From assembly GCA_965235115.1 (NCBI GenBank), contig OZ249451.1, positions 16,616,001 through 16,680,000 on the forward strand: a stretch of DNA of 64,000 bases. The letters are read 5' to 3'. Positions 37,984 through 52,900 of the stretch are shown piece by piece; the stretch's first letter is position 1, and each line of letters begins with the position of its first letter. A model generated the notes under the pieces. It did not search any database and was not told the origin of the DNA. It saw only the letters and a program-made list of their open reading frames with translations. The stretch comes from Laetmonice hystrix (taxonomy: Eukaryota). The translations under genes were made by a program, and so were the position numbers.

Positions 37984-40900
37984 GTATCATCTATTTCACC
38001 TCGAATTTTACTCTGCAAAAACTTGCCTGATAGCAACATTCACGACAATCACAGCTGAACCACTGCATCATCGCCAGCAATATGACCATTACTCATTACG
38101 AACTGGACATATTCCCTTTTGTGAAAATGATCAGGACATTCTCACGGCTCTATCATTGTGAAGATGGTCGATCTACCTTACTTAAACCTTATTTACCTGA
38201 TTTCACCTGGTCTCCAACTCCAGTAAGGTATCAGACAAAAAACAGTCCGACTACTTACTTCCTAAACCTGCCAATGATAGGACTGATACAGAAGATATAT
38301 TTGAACTGGGAGAGGGTGAGACAGACGGTAACGGGGATCCAGAGCGAACGCTACACAAAGCAGATCTGGACTTGCGTTGTCATTTGGGGGTCCACCCAAC
38401 TACAGTGAGTGAGTGAGTAGTGGTGGTTTTACGCCGTGTCGGCATCCAGGGCCATCTTCACAGCGAAAACAGTGTCAAAAGACCATAAAATTAAAGGAAC
38501 CTATTTTATCCCGGGCCCCAACGGGAATATGATTAAAACACACTCCATCCTGTCAGCCCAACAGGGCTCTCGAGCCAAAATTTATCTGTGTGCCTTTCAC
38601 AGAGAACAAGCCTGGGGCAAGTGGATGTGAGATGGTGATTACTCTCTTACGCTTCTTTTCCTATTTAGCTGAAAATAATTTTTATCATTAGGATATTACT
38701 GTTTTTAATAGTTTCATCATGTAACCCCAGAATTACATCATGTCAAAACGATTTTCTCTCCTTCTAGGAAAGAATGGCGTTAGCGAAGATGATAGGCAAC
38801 AGTTGAAGATGTTTCTGAGGGCTGTTGCAAATGCCATATCAAAGGATGAGCATGACAGATCTGTTGATGTCTATGTTCTAGTAGGAACATATATAGTTGT
38901 ATTAGGGTTGGATTAGTGTATTTGTTGTAAAACTTACAGTAGTACTGTCTAAATTCTACCTAGTAGGGGCTCCAAGCAGTCCCTCTATATCATCCATTCT
39001 TATTTACCACAAGTCATAACTCGGGGTAGAAGGAATCATTTGTTTGGCCCTGTCATCTTATCCTAGTTTTAATTGCCCATGTTTGAATATTTAATCGTCT
39101 CAAGTTTGGTTTAGAGCATTTGAGGTAAAACGTGTAGAAGTAGAACTGTTTTTGACAACTTTGTGTTGTACTAAGCTTTAACAGTTAAGGGTTTTGTACC
39201 TGGTGTGCTGTAAGTCGGGTGCTATACTTAATCATAGCTGTTAGGGGTTGCAAGCAATCCCTTATTGTCTTCTTATTTATCTTCCTATTTGCCTTCTTAT
39301 TTATCTTTGTACTAGTCGTAAGTCAAGAGTAGTTGGAAGCTGGGTCAGCGACTCAGCATGTTCTATGTAGTAGCCATCTGGAATTCCATACTACGGTGTT
39401 ATTTTATGTAAACAAACGTACTCTCATATCCCGAGAGGGGTCTTCAGAGTAATAAATCATTGTCATTGACTGCATTGTGACTGCACTGTGCTCAAGTCTC
39501 CCATAGAATTAAGCGCAGTTGGCACTGGTTCTACAAGAGATCCGCCTGTTTCCAGCGGCAAGAAAAGCATTCTGGCATCTGGATCCGGGGAAACCTGACG
39601 ACGGATAGATCCCTGCCGGGCCTGCTAACCCAGTGCTGTCTCTGCGCTGGATTGGCCCTGCTGCCCCAAGGTGTGTGTTAGCATATCCACACCAACAGCA
39701 GGTTTAGCCCGAAGTCCAGACCGTCCGTGCGTGGGCGTGGCCATATGGAGGGCTGAGACGTCAGTCTTCAACCACTCCTGGAGATCTGATCTCCTGTTGG
39801 CCACCCTTTGAAGTGCCGGGGTTGGGGACAATTCCCATTGGTCACCATTCCCATTGGCTGCAGCCCTCCCTTAAGACGGGCTGCACGGCTTGGAATCGGG
39901 GAGAGTGATCCACCCTCTCCAATGGGACGGCAGCCAACCCCCCCCCCCCGCCCGAGCAGCAGTCGAGCAGCAGGCGTGGGAGCAGCATTCAGCGCAGTTG
40001 GCAGCACTGGTTCTTCTAGAGATTCGTCCAGCGGCAAAGAAGAGCATTCTGGCATATCTGGCCCGGCTACGGCTGGCGACTGATAGATCCCTGCCGGGCC
40101 TTCTTACCCAGTGCTGTCTACTGAGCCAGATTTACCCTGCTGCTCTGCGGTGTGTGTTTGGTGTGACTGGCTTGCCTCTCAAAGGAGTGGCGCTCTCCAC
40201 AACCCATGCACCCCTCCCCATCCGTCTTTTGAAAAACATCTTTTCGGTGCTTCAGAATTTGGCGTTTACATCACAATATATATCCTTGTGCATATTGTAA
40301 GACACCTTGGAAAAAACAATCCCCACAGCTCACAGATATCAGCTCACTGAGAAAACATCCAGAAACAGATCATTGGCAAAATAATAATACCGGCATGTTA
40401 AATTATACCATCATCTAATGCCAATATCTCTTTAGAGAAGAATTCTGGAAACAGATTAAGACCACTGTAGAGGTGAGTGAGTCAGTGAGTAATGGTGGGT
40501 TTACGCTGTGATGGCATCTATGGCCATCTTCACCGCGGAGTAAGACTACTGAATAGTAAAAGGGACATATTTCATCCCGGGTCTCTACGGGAACTACTGA
40601 GAGGAGTATAAAAGACCTCGGTGACTAAAGGTCCAGATACACAGACCGATTTACGGCCGATTTTGATCTGCGGCCGGTTTTTCTCCATAGGTTTCCATAG
40701 GGTTGTTGTCGTGGGGGAAAGGCCCTTGTGTCCCTTTATTGGAGGTTCCAGACATGCATGGGTATGTGTTATACACACAAGCCGCTGGAGGGAGAAGTGA
40801 CTCCAGCTGGTATAGAAATTAGGATTTGGGGCTCTAACCGACACGCCGGGGTTCGATTCCCCGTCTAGATAAGTGCTGCTAGAGAAACGCTGGCGGCTAG

Positions 40901-43900
40901 CACAGCTGGGATATTTCGAGTTAGCGAACAAGGAGGTTGGATCCTCCTCTGTTTACTGTATTGACGCGATGACGCACACGGGGGTGTAAAGTATTGACGC
41001 GATGACGTAAAAGCTCTACCCCAACTCAAAGTCAATCACGCAATCATCTAATACCCCTTAAACACACAAAACACAACCCAAAACAACCCGACGCAGTGCT
41101 AAACACGTCGATTCATTCAGGGCTACATTGTGAGATCTACTGGCGAGCTTTTGCTGGTGCATCTAGATTCAAGAGTCGTAGCTATAAAGATATTCAGCAC
41201 ACTTGAGAACATCTTTGAGTAATAACGTTTGTCGAAACATTCACGATTTCTTTCAAAGTTATGCAGGAGGAAAGCATTTTTCCTGGTCAATATGCATTGC
41301 AATGTATTCCAACTCATAAGGTATGATAATTCCAATTCGTTGCATTTATTTAATGAGGGTGGGGATTTCGCGATGAATTATGTGCATTAGAAAAGTCTGA
41401 TTCGCCCTTAGAAATGTTAAAGGGAGGGACGTTTCTTACTATGTTAGCGAACATTTTGGGTATCAGTTTCCAGATAAAGCACTCCGAATTTTCAGAGGGC
41501 ATCCCCAAGAAATGTAAACAAGGGGAAAACATCGCGTTTAGTTTCGTGAGTGAGTGAGTAATCGTGGTTTTACGCCGTGTCGGCATCCAGGGCCATCTTC
41601 ACGGCGAAAACAGAGTAAAAAGACCATAAAATGAAAGGGACCTATTTTATCCCGAGCCCCAACGGGAATATCATTGAAGCACACCCCAATAGGGCTACCG
41701 ACAAGCCAGAACTATAAAAGAGTCAGAAGTTTGTTCCTTGTATATTTCGCTATATATTTTCAGAGTGCATTCTTATTCAACTGTCTCTATGAGAAAATAA
41801 TTAGAATTCCAACCGACATCCCCAAATTTATAATCAGTGAAATATCTGAGAAGCACAACACGTCATTTCATCCATAAGGCCAGACTCAGAAATGGGGTGT
41901 GTATATATTGCCATGGACACTGTGTAGTAAAAATCGGTGTGCTCCCCAGAGAGGTTTTTACACTCCCATGTTGTGGAATGTTAATGCATTTTCGGTGCTT
42001 CAGAATTTGCCGTTTACATCACAATATATATCCATGTGCATATTGTAAGACACCTTGGGTAAATCAATCCCCACAAGCCACAGGTCTCAGTTCAGAAAAC
42101 GTCCAAAAACAGATAATCGGGAAAATAATAGCAAGTGAACAGTTTTGGTGGATTCCAAATACATAATCGACTGAATTCGGAATTCCCTATAGTCTAGCTG
42201 GTGACGAGACAATGCACATTTAAGGGGGATAAACGGTCAAAAGCTATAACACGGGTAAAAAGCGTTATAAATACTATCTCTCTGACGGCATTGCTCACAT
42301 CATGCTGTAAAGTATTGAAATACTTTGGACTAATTATACCCATCATTAATTATGTTCCAATTAATTAATTAAATTTTATTTACTTAGTTACTTATTTTAA
42401 TCAACTCATATACTCATGGATATTTACCCTTACATATATATGTGTGGAGTTTCAATATACTATTTAGAATTGTGTGTGTATAGAAATCTGTGTGCTGCTT
42501 GCCATCTCTGCAAAGGAATGTCCAAGTAAATAAATCAAGTGGATCTGGGTATCTGTGACGCCAACCCCAGCCTCCTGGAGGACGCTGGTGACAGACCTGA
42601 TTAATGGCACCCCTAACTCCTGTGGGTAACCCGGATCCAACCGACTCCAGGCATGCGCACACCACAGACTGGGAGGGCTACACTCCCACTGCGCATGCCT
42701 AGTGTAAACAATTGAAGATAAGAGGGACCAGCCCCTCCTCCTGCTCAAGCGCAGGACTGTGAAACTTTGAGGATGAGTCATGACTCAGGCATGCTCTCAT
42801 AATAGGACTGGGTGGTATATTTCCACTCTTCCACTGCGCATGCCTAGTATAAACATTTAAGGGTTGGGGTCTGCCCCCTCCCTCTGCACATGCGCAGAAC
42901 TTTATAACCTTAATGGTGGTATATTTCCACTCTTCCACTGCGCATGCCTAGTATAAACATTTAAGGGTTGGGGTCTGCCCCCTCCCTCTGCACATGCGCA
43001 GAACTTTATAACTTTAATGGTGGGATTTTTCCACACTCCTACTGCGCATGCTTAATGTAAACATTTCGAAGAAAGGAGTCAACCCCCTCCCTTTGCACAT
43101 GCTCAGTAGGGGTCTCCTGATGCACCTCTCCACTATATAAACTCATACTTGTGTTAATAAAGTGACTTCTTATTTTTGGCTTTTCAATCCTTGAGTTTGA
43201 ATCTTTGATTCTCTCAGTGATCATGTTGATCATTTAAGCCAGTTTCTTATTTTATACTCTCTCAGTGAAATCCACAAACAGTAACCGGGCTACCAACCTT
43301 CATCTGGTTGAGTAACACTCAGCATCAGAGATGTGTGGATTTTACACCGTGTCGGTGTGTTGGAGTACACCATTAGTAACTTTTAACAAATACGGGTTTA
43401 TACATCAGTTTTAGCTAGTCACACAATTCTCTATGTTAGAGTATCCAAACCAACAGCAAGCCTTAGCCAGAAGTGCAGCAGGTCCAACTACAAAGTCATA
43501 AATCATTCGCCTACAGGAGGAAGGTTCAGCAGGTACAGCAGAAAAGCAATAACTCATCCACCTTACCAGCCCAAACCCCTCCATAGGTTCAGGTAGTGCA
43601 GGTTTAGTCACAAACCAAGAAAATCCCTGAAAAGCTGGTAGATATATATAGACGCGCAACCTTGCAGTAGTCGTATGTGGTTTTAACTTGGATACGAGCG
43701 GACGTGGAGTTCTCTCGCTCAGCACTTAGCTTTCTCATCAGCCCGCACTTGGGAGGTTTTCGGCATTCACCCTTTGCAATAGGAGATCAGTACGGGAACA
43801 AGACTTTGCAGATTCTTCGGAATTACTGAGAAACGCTTCGGATTCAGACTTTCAGACATTACACATCACAGCTACTAGGGAAGTTCAGAAAGGGAGGTGA

Positions 43901-46900
43901 GAGTCAAAACTTGTAGCGTATGTGAATATCCACTTGTACTTTACTTCAACTTCAGAGGAGACACTTGTACTTTACTTTAACTTTAGAGGAGACACTTGTA
44001 CTTTACATCTACCACGAGGAGATATCTGTACTCTACACACGGACGGACTCTACATCCGGATTGTCTTAATAAATGTTTGAACCTTCGACCGCTAGTCATC
44101 CCTCAGTCTGAGTTGGACCCCATCTCACGAAGCCATACGATAGAGCCTAGCTTACCCCTATGCTTAGAAGATATTGTCGGGCAAAACCCTCTCGCAATAG
44201 CCAAAGCTCTACCCCAACATCGAATACCCATTTAAACGACAAAACCCCAAACAACGGCCCGAAACATCGGCATGTAAGGCCATCTTCACGGCAAAAACAG
44301 AGTCAGACTACTGAAAACTGAAAGGAACCTATTTTATCCCGGGTCCCAGAAGGAACACCACTCCCATATGTATATATGGACTGATGCCATGTTCTGTCAG
44401 TTGCAAAACTCGAGCACAATGAGCCACAACGGATTTTTCGATTCCAATGTGTTAATCCTGCCAACCAACGGAGCCCGGCCAGGTTGGCTATACATAACAA
44501 TCTGGCGGATGAGTGAGTGAGTGAGTGAGTGAGTGAGTAGTGGTGATTTTCCGCCGTGTCGGCATCCGGGGCCATATTCACGGCGAAAACAGGGTTAAAG
44601 GCAGAGCAGCTGACTGGATGAAAGCCCTTGATTTCACCCACAGGGAGTCATATCAAATCCTAAAAGGGAAAATGATTGACATTTTCAGCGACAAACGACC
44701 CGTCTGGCAGAAACACCGAGGTATCTTTGGATTGATGCAGCAAAAAGGACAGCTTTGGAATTTGCTGGAGTTTTAAGACAAAAACAGTGTGGATATGATG
44801 TGTCGGACCAAATTTTGATGTCAGTTTTTATAGGGGGTCTGGATTCATTGAGTAATTTATTGGCGGTACAGAATCCCACTAATTTCGGAGAGGCGGTAGA
44901 GATGGCATCTCGGCTGGAAACGGTGGATAATAAACATAGGGCTTGTTCAGCGGTTGAGAAAACTCCACAGGCGCTGGTGGAAATAATAGGAGCACTGACA
45001 AAGGCGGGAGTTGGGCGAGTGGCGAGTAGCGGGGCGAGTGGCGGGGCGAGTGGCGAGTAGCGGGGCGAGTGGCGTGTGATGTCACCTTCATAGTTATCTC
45101 CCTGTTGACTGACGGCTGCTGGCCCCAGCGCTGACGCTGGCTGCCGGACGGGAGCCCGTTGCTCCGGAGGGTGTGGCGGCAGTGTCCCTCCTCGGCCGCC
45201 CCCCCTCCTTCGGTGGGAGGACTACCGCTTGTCTCGGCGGTGAACCGCCTCGTCCAGCCTGGCCTCGCCCCGGGTGCGGTCGGTCGGTCGCGCGTGCGGA
45301 GTATGGAGGTGGCGGTGCCGTGCGGCGTAATCGTGCGTTGGAACTGGGTCCTGTGTCTCGGCAATATCCCCGGCAGTGAATAAACGTCCTTGTATTGATA
45401 CTTTGTTGCCGTGTAATGCCACTGGCTCAAACTCCGGATCTGATCTCAAAATTTTGTCTTTTCTTCCAGAAACTGAAGGACCGAGGGCCCGTGGCCATGC
45501 ATACACAGGGACGGCAACCTTCATGAATGAAGATTAAAAAATTAAATTTCAAACTCTAACTGAGTGAGTAGTGGTGGTTTTATGCCGTGGCATCCAGGGC
45601 CATCTTCACGGCGAAAAATAAGGTAAAATAAAAGGAACCGATTTTATCCCGGGCCCCAACGTAACTGCCCCAATACCATGAGTAGCATCAGATAAAACTC
45701 ATTTTGGTCAGCCCGACGTACGTTGATTGCGCACGCAACAACGTTACGTTTACGCGGATGCGTGCTGTCTGCTAAAATTCTCTAGTGACGCGATGACGTA
45801 AACGTTAGGCCGGGGTTAGGCCCGGGATCCATCCCAGAGAGAAACCCCTTATTTGGGTATGGTACAGAAGATTTTTTGTTGGATTCCCTTAGAAGGGCAA
45901 GATATTTAGGTACGGGAGATTCGGCATATATAAACCCCTAGAGACTGGTAGAGGGGGTTGCCTACTCCATCCAGAGGTACAGATCGAGAGACACCCACCC
46001 ATCTGTGAGAGATATAAACCGTCGGCGTACAGTTTCCTTATTTTCCACGGAAACGACACACTGTTGTAAACCAGACATGAGCCACACTGGCTTCATCGGA
46101 ACTAATGTAATAATTTTGCCAACCACCGGCGCACAGCCAGGATGGTTGTAGATTACTATATGGCAGATGCCCGTGGCGCCCTCCACCGACGTGCAGACTT
46201 GCACGATCGAGGCAGCCTTATCTCCCCAAGTCGCTACCGGCAGCGGCGGCGCCCCTCATCAGGCGTCTGCCACCTCGACCGATTATGGGAGTGAGTGAGT
46301 AAGGGTGGTTTTCCTCCGTGTCGGCATCTGGGACCATCTTCACGGCGAAAACAGGGTTACAAGACCATAAAATAAAAGGAACCTATTTTTTCCCAGGCTC
46401 CAAGGGGAATATCATTTTCACTCCAGAATAGAACACCTAGAACGACGTGCGCCTAGAGGCCGGACTCCTAATGATCAGGAAAATATTCAAAGATCTTATC
46501 CGGATAGCTTGGGCCAAGTTTATCGTCCTACCGGACAACAATGGGAGAGAACCACGGATTCCTCGAGCAACCCTTCATGCATCATTTGGGGTAGAAAATG
46601 ATGCCATCAAGAGATACCAAACTCGTTTCAAACAGTTGCACGACAAACAGAGGTAACAACTTTGATAGGCGGATGAGAAAGGCAAAGACAACTTTTTGAT
46701 GAGGGACCAACGCATGGGAGCTACACGGGTGGTTAATCGGGAGAAAGTTCAACAGAATCGATGGACACAGACACTCCGCATCTCAACCAGCCAGACCTGT
46801 TACACGATCAATGCAAGGAGACGCTAAGCGACAATGTACTCATAACACTTAGTGGTTATCCTGAGTGGGATACTCCTCACTATCACTGCTAGCACAGAAG

Positions 46901-49112
46901 GACGAAACGTGACCGAGTACTGGCTCATAGTGTCGCATGGACATGGATGTTAACTCATGACCTTATGCCATTATGAGTGTGACGTTATCATCACCGGCAA
47001 ACCACCACAGACACCCCTACTTCACAAATGAACTGCAAGAGGACTGGCCATCCTTGAACGTCTGATTGAATCACATCAACTTCCTTTACAACACATCCCA
47101 TCATTATGCAGTTGTGGTAATTGTTGTGGTAATTAGCCTTGTGTATTGCGTGAACAAAATATTGTTTCATCAGAAAGCCAAAACATCCAGCTAAAGAGGA
47201 CCTGATACCAGAGGAAAATACTCTAGAAATGACTGTGGCTAAAGATGCAGTGCCGTGGCCGAAACCAAATGCTTAAAACGATATTTAATCAAAGGAAAAT
47301 ATGTTTCGCGCAAAGAAAGGTGTATGCAATGTAAGGTCATCAACCATTTATCAGACGCATTTAAAATGTTAACAGAAAGTACTGTGTTGGGGCTTTGCTC
47401 GTGAAATGGGTATCCGACAAAGCTTGAACAACATTGTGTATGCGTCTGTTAGTAATGTTAAACAGGATCGTTAACCCTAACTTCATATCGTGACACAAGT
47501 CCCTTCAAATAGTCCTGAATTGATCTGCATTGGCCAAAATATCTTAATTCCGACCTGTCCTAAACAAATGATACGCGATGGAATTCAGGAACTCAAATGG
47601 AGCCTTAATAATCCGTTGTTTTTACCATCTTTCATCAGGCAACAATTGAAAAGCAGCATTGTAGTTCTCTTTCACAGCTGTTAGCGTAGACTGCAGGCCC
47701 TGCTGAACATCTGCCAAGCAAGTGGATATAGGGCGACAGAGCTCCCCAAGTCGCCCTGACAGCTGGATGGGGCATGGAGAAAGGGGTTGAGAAGGTATTA
47801 GAAGGTTGACGTGTCCCAAACTGTGTGTTACAGACGCACCGCAGAGGACCCATTATATCCTGAGGAATCCGTGGGAGAGATACCTCACCATATACACAGG
47901 GTCACTGAGATATAGAGCCCCAATTCCGTCCACTGTGAACAAGCAGAGAAATAAGATCCAAACGTTGGTCTTAGCCATTATCCCAACTACCATTAAGATG
48001 GCAACAGCTTCTCGCTACGTAGTTCTTAAAGAAAGTGTTATTATTCCAGTGAACGAAGTACCGTACGGCCAGGTGTGCCAAGTAATCTTGATGAGACCAT
48101 ATCCAGGTGAGCCTGGACTTCTGTCCGAAGTAATCCAGCTGGGATCTGTGAGTTCAGTCCAAGTAGCCGGGGAGAAAATTCTGCCTATTGCCAACCGTCC
48201 CTCAGTAACATCCAGCCATCCAGCACCCTCCTACCTCCCGGCAAGGGGAGCGCGGCCGACCGGGAAGGATACCCCACCCAAGCTATCTCCACAGCCCGGG
48301 CCGAGTGGGTGGCGACCAAGGCCAGCCTCCTCCAGTCCGTGTGAAGGTCCAGGCCGACGTCAGCCCGCTGAGAAGCTGGCTACCCGAAGGCACTCCTCAG
48401 GCCCCACCAGCGTTACTCAAAGTTTGGCCGTAACAGTGACCTCCTCAACAGGCTCTACTACCAGCACAGTGCATTCCAACTGCAACGAAACATCCAAAGC
48501 ACTGTACAAAGTACTGGATAAACACCTAGGGCTTCCAACTCAAAACAGTTTAGCAGCAACCCCCCGTATCCGAAGCTGAGACCACTGGACAATCCTTGGA
48601 CACAGCCCTGTACGATCCACACTATTCACCTGTGTCTGGATCTCCTCACGAAAGTCCCCTAGTGGCTAGGCTGGACTTATATGAACAACTGCTGGGGCAA
48701 ACTCACGATTGCCCCAGCAACTCCCTGCAGGAGTAAAACGGTAACTGTTACCATTTGTCGAAGACATATCCTTCACGACGTCGTCCCAACCAGCGACAAC
48801 GGCTACCAGTGGGGTCGCCAACGCAACAGTATAGACCGACTATGCCGCCCTTTGACCCATATGCGACAAGGTTAGTGAGTGAGTAATGGTGGCTTTACGC
48901 CGTGTCGGCATCTAGGGCCATCTTTACAGTGAAAACAGAGTAAAAAGACCATAAAATAAAATAAAACGAAAGGGACCTATTTTATCCCGGGCCCCAACGG
49001 GAATATTATTGAAACATGGAGGACGGCAAGCATTGTGCCGTGAAAGAAGCTTGACATGGGAACGGAGGGCACGGGATGATGCGGACGGTGACAGTGCCGC
49101 CAATCATGGTAT

Positions 49113-49953
49113 TGTGTTGGCTCACACTTACATGTAGTACCAATTAAATCAGAAACAGGGATAGACATATAGGGGTATAATTCCTCACAAGGGAAGTAAG
49201 TTCATATACATCATAGGATTTAGTTCCTGGAGTACAGACGTACCAAATTGACTGACATATTTACTGGAGTGCACACGGACCAAGTTGACTCACATACATA
49301 ATTCTGGGTACAAACGGACGAAGATGACCGACTCTGTCTAGACGTCTGGTGACCGACATCATTAAATATCCAACAGGAGCACGGGATTTCCAGGAATGGG
49401 CATAGAGGTAAGCCAATGAGAAAGAGGCAGGTAGGAGGTAAAGTAAGCCAATGAGAAAGAGGCACGTAAGAAGAGGGGATTTTACCCTTGAGAGAGAGAG
49501 GTATAAGTAGTCAGGAAAACGGGGAGATAGTGCGGGCTTACCAGAGAGAGAAATGCGTGAAGGGAGTTAGCAGAAGAGTTCCCGCTAGGGAGCTTGTGCG
49601 CGAGTTAAAATGCTATTCCTGGAGTATGGAGACGTTTTGGAGTATTGTACATGTTCAGAAGTTATTGTGGAAATAGACAACTTGGATTATGTTCGTCAAT
49701 ATAAGGATTTAACTACTCAGTGTGGAGGATGTGGAGTATAATAAAGGACCGAACCGGATTCCTGGAGTGTTGTCCATCTCACCCAACCCAGCGAAGTTAT
49801 ACCAGAGCTAGCTCACCCCTATCACGACTCTGGAACTTTATTGGGGTAGACCTCTCGCACTACTAATGGAGTAACAAACGGACTTCACACACAGCCCGAT
49901 ATACGGATATACGAAGCTTAAGTATACGAAATTAAAACAAACACCCCAACGCA
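49113..49953 (+). mobile_element. Solo Gypsy LTR, duplicated copy
   Basis: Same ends and GTAT TSD as 37143-37983. Confidence 0.88.
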
Positions 49954-52900
49954 GTATCATCTATTTCACCTCGAATTTTACTCTGCAAAAACTTGCCTGA
50001 TAGCAACATTCACGACAATCACAGCTGAACCACTGCATCATCGCCAGCAATATGACCATTACTCATTACGAACTGGACATATTCCCTTTTGTGAAAATGA
50101 TCAGGACATCCTCACGGCTCTATCATTGTGAAGATGGTCGATCTACCTTACTTAAACCTTATTTACCTGATTTCACCTGGTCTCCAACTCCAGTAAGGTA
50201 TCAGACAAAAAACAGTCCGACTACTTACTTCCTAAACCTGCCAATGATAGGACTGATACAGAAGATATATTTGAACTGGGAGAGGGTGAGACAGACGGTA
50301 ACGGGGATCCAGAGCGAACGCTACACAAAGCAGATCTGGACTTGCGTTGTCATTTGGGGGTCCACCCAACTACAGTGAGTGAGTGAGTAGTGGTGGTTTT
50401 ACGCCGTGTCGGCATCCAGGGCCATCTTCACAGCGAAAACAGAGTCAAAAGACCATAAAATTAAAGGAACCTATTTTATCCCGGGCCCCAACGGGAACAT
50501 GATTAAAACACACTCCATCCTGTCAGCCCAACAGGGCTATCGAGCCAAAATTTATCTGTGTGCCTTTCACAGAGAACAAGCCTGGGACAAGTGGATGTGA
50601 GATGGTGATTACTCTCTTACGCTTCTTTCCCTATTTAGCTGAAAATAATTTTTATCATTAGGATGTTACTGTTTTTAATAGTTTCATCATGTAACCCCAG
50701 AATTACATCATGGTAAAACGATTTTTTCTCCTTCTAGGAAAGAATGGCGTTAGCGAAGATGATAGGCAACAGTTGAAGATGTTTCTGAGGGCTGTTGCAA
50801 ATGCCATATCAAAGGATGAGCATGACAGATCTGTTGATGTCTATGTTCTAGTAGGAACATATATAGTTGTATTAGGGTTGGATTAGTGTATTTGTTGTAA
50901 AACTTACAGTAGTACTGTCTAAATTCTACCTAGTAGGGGCTCCAAGCAGTCCCTCTATATCATCCATTCTTATTTACCACAAGTCATAACTCGGGGTAGA
51001 AGGAATCATTTGTTTGGCCCTGTCATCTTATCCTAGTTTTAATTGCCTATGTTTGAATATTTAATCGTCTCAAGTTTGGTTTAGAGCATTTGAGGTAAAA
51101 CGTGTAGAAGTAGAACTGTTTTTGACAACTTTGTGTTGTACTAAGCTTTAACAGTTAAGGGTTTTGTACCTGGTGTGCTGTAAGTCGGGTGCTATACTTA
51201 ATCATAGCTGTTAGGGGTTGCAAGCAATCCCTTATTGTCTTCTTATTTATCTTCCTATTTGCCTTCTTATTTATCTTTGTACTAATTGTAAGTCAAGAGT
51301 AGTTGGAAGCAGGGTCAGCGACTCAGCATGTTCTATGTAGTAGCCATCTGGAATTCCATACTACGATGTTATTTTATGTAAACAAACGTACTCTCATATC
51401 CCGAGAGGGGTCTTCAGAGTAATAAATCATTGTCATTGACTGCATTGTGACTGCACTGTGCTCAAGTCTCCCATAGAATTAAGCGCAGTTGGCACTGGTT
51501 CTACAAGAGATCCGTCTGTTTCCAGCAGCAAGAAAAGCATTCTGGCATCTGGATCCGGGGAAACCTGACGACGGATAGATCCCTGCCGGGCCTGCTAACC
51601 CAGTGCTGTCTCTGCGCTGGATTGGCCCTGCTGCCCCAAGGTGTGTGTTAGCGTATCCACACCAACAGCAGGTTTAGCCCGAAGTCCAGACCGTCCGTGC
51701 GTGGGTGTGGCCATATGGAGGGCTGAGACGTCAGTCTTCAACCACTCCTGGAGATCTGATCTCCTGTTGGCCACCCTTTGAAGTGCCGGGGTTGGGGACA
51801 ATTCCCATTGGTCACCATTCCCACTGGCTGCAGCCCTCCCTTAAGACGGGCTGCACGGCTTGGAATCGGGGAGAGTGATCCACCCTCTCCAATGGGACGG
51901 CAGCCAACACCCCCCCCCCCCCCCCCCGCCCGAGCAGCAGTCGAGCAGCAGGCGTGGGAGCAGCATTAAGCGCAGTTGGCAGCACTGGTTCTTCTAGAGA
52001 TTCGTCCAAGTCCAGCGGCAAAGAAGAGCATTCTGGCATATCTGGCCCGGCTACGGCTGGCGACTGATAGATCCCTGCCGGGCCTTCTTACCCAGTGCTG
52101 TCTGCTGAGCCAGATTTACCCTGCTGCTCAGCGGTGTGTGTTTGGTGTGACTGGCTTGCCTCCCAAAGGAGTGGCGCTCTCCTCAACCCATGCACCCCTC
52201 CCCATCCGTCTTTTGGTAAACATCTATTAGTAAGTTATCTTTTGTAGTAGTCTACACACACATGGTCAGGTAAGTCGCCAACCACAACGGGTTAGGAACC
52301 ATGAAGTGCTGAATATAATATTATCTATATCATCCATAATACTGTTTTGTGTATCGCTTGCCTTCTGCCTATTTAAGACCTTAAGTCCATTATCCCCCAC
52401 TCCAGCCACACCGGCTCAATCCCCAATTTAGGTAAGATTTCCAGGAACACAACGAGAAGTAAGTTATATGTACACGGAGCCTGTGCCCGCAGACCCTGGC
52501 ATCCATAGTCAGGGTCGCCACACAAGTAATAAATCATTCGCCTACAGGAGAAAGGTTCAGCAGGTACAACAGCAAAGCAATAACTCATCCGCCCTACCAG
52601 CGCAAACGATCCATAGGTTCAGCAAGTGCAGAATTAGTCACGTGTACAGAAAATCCCCCGAAAACTACCAGAGAGAAATATATACAGTCTGTTCGCTCTA
52701 AGAAGAGCTTGACCTCGGCCTCATTATAAGTTGTGACCTTCCCCCTCCTCCCGTCTACCCACAGCTGGCGTATCACAAGTGGGGACTGCCTGTCGCTCAA
52801 GAATGGCGCCAAATTCCACGTGGTTCTGTTATTACCCCAAGTGAAGTACACTCACCCCAGGTTACTTACCGCACACATCCAAATCATCCATTTAGAATTA

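Larger units (their letters stand above)
30229..52224 (+). repeat. ~10-kb segmental duplication: 30229-40240 and 42306-52224
   Basis: Same order of modules, LTRs and ORFs; matching ORF pairs 31422/43411, 32007/43996, 35831/47806, 38082/50052. Confidence 0.95.

Noticed and set aside
40840-40870. tRNA gene (ggttcgattcccc B-box)
   Set aside because: No A-box or cloverleaf could be built; at most a SINE-head remnant.
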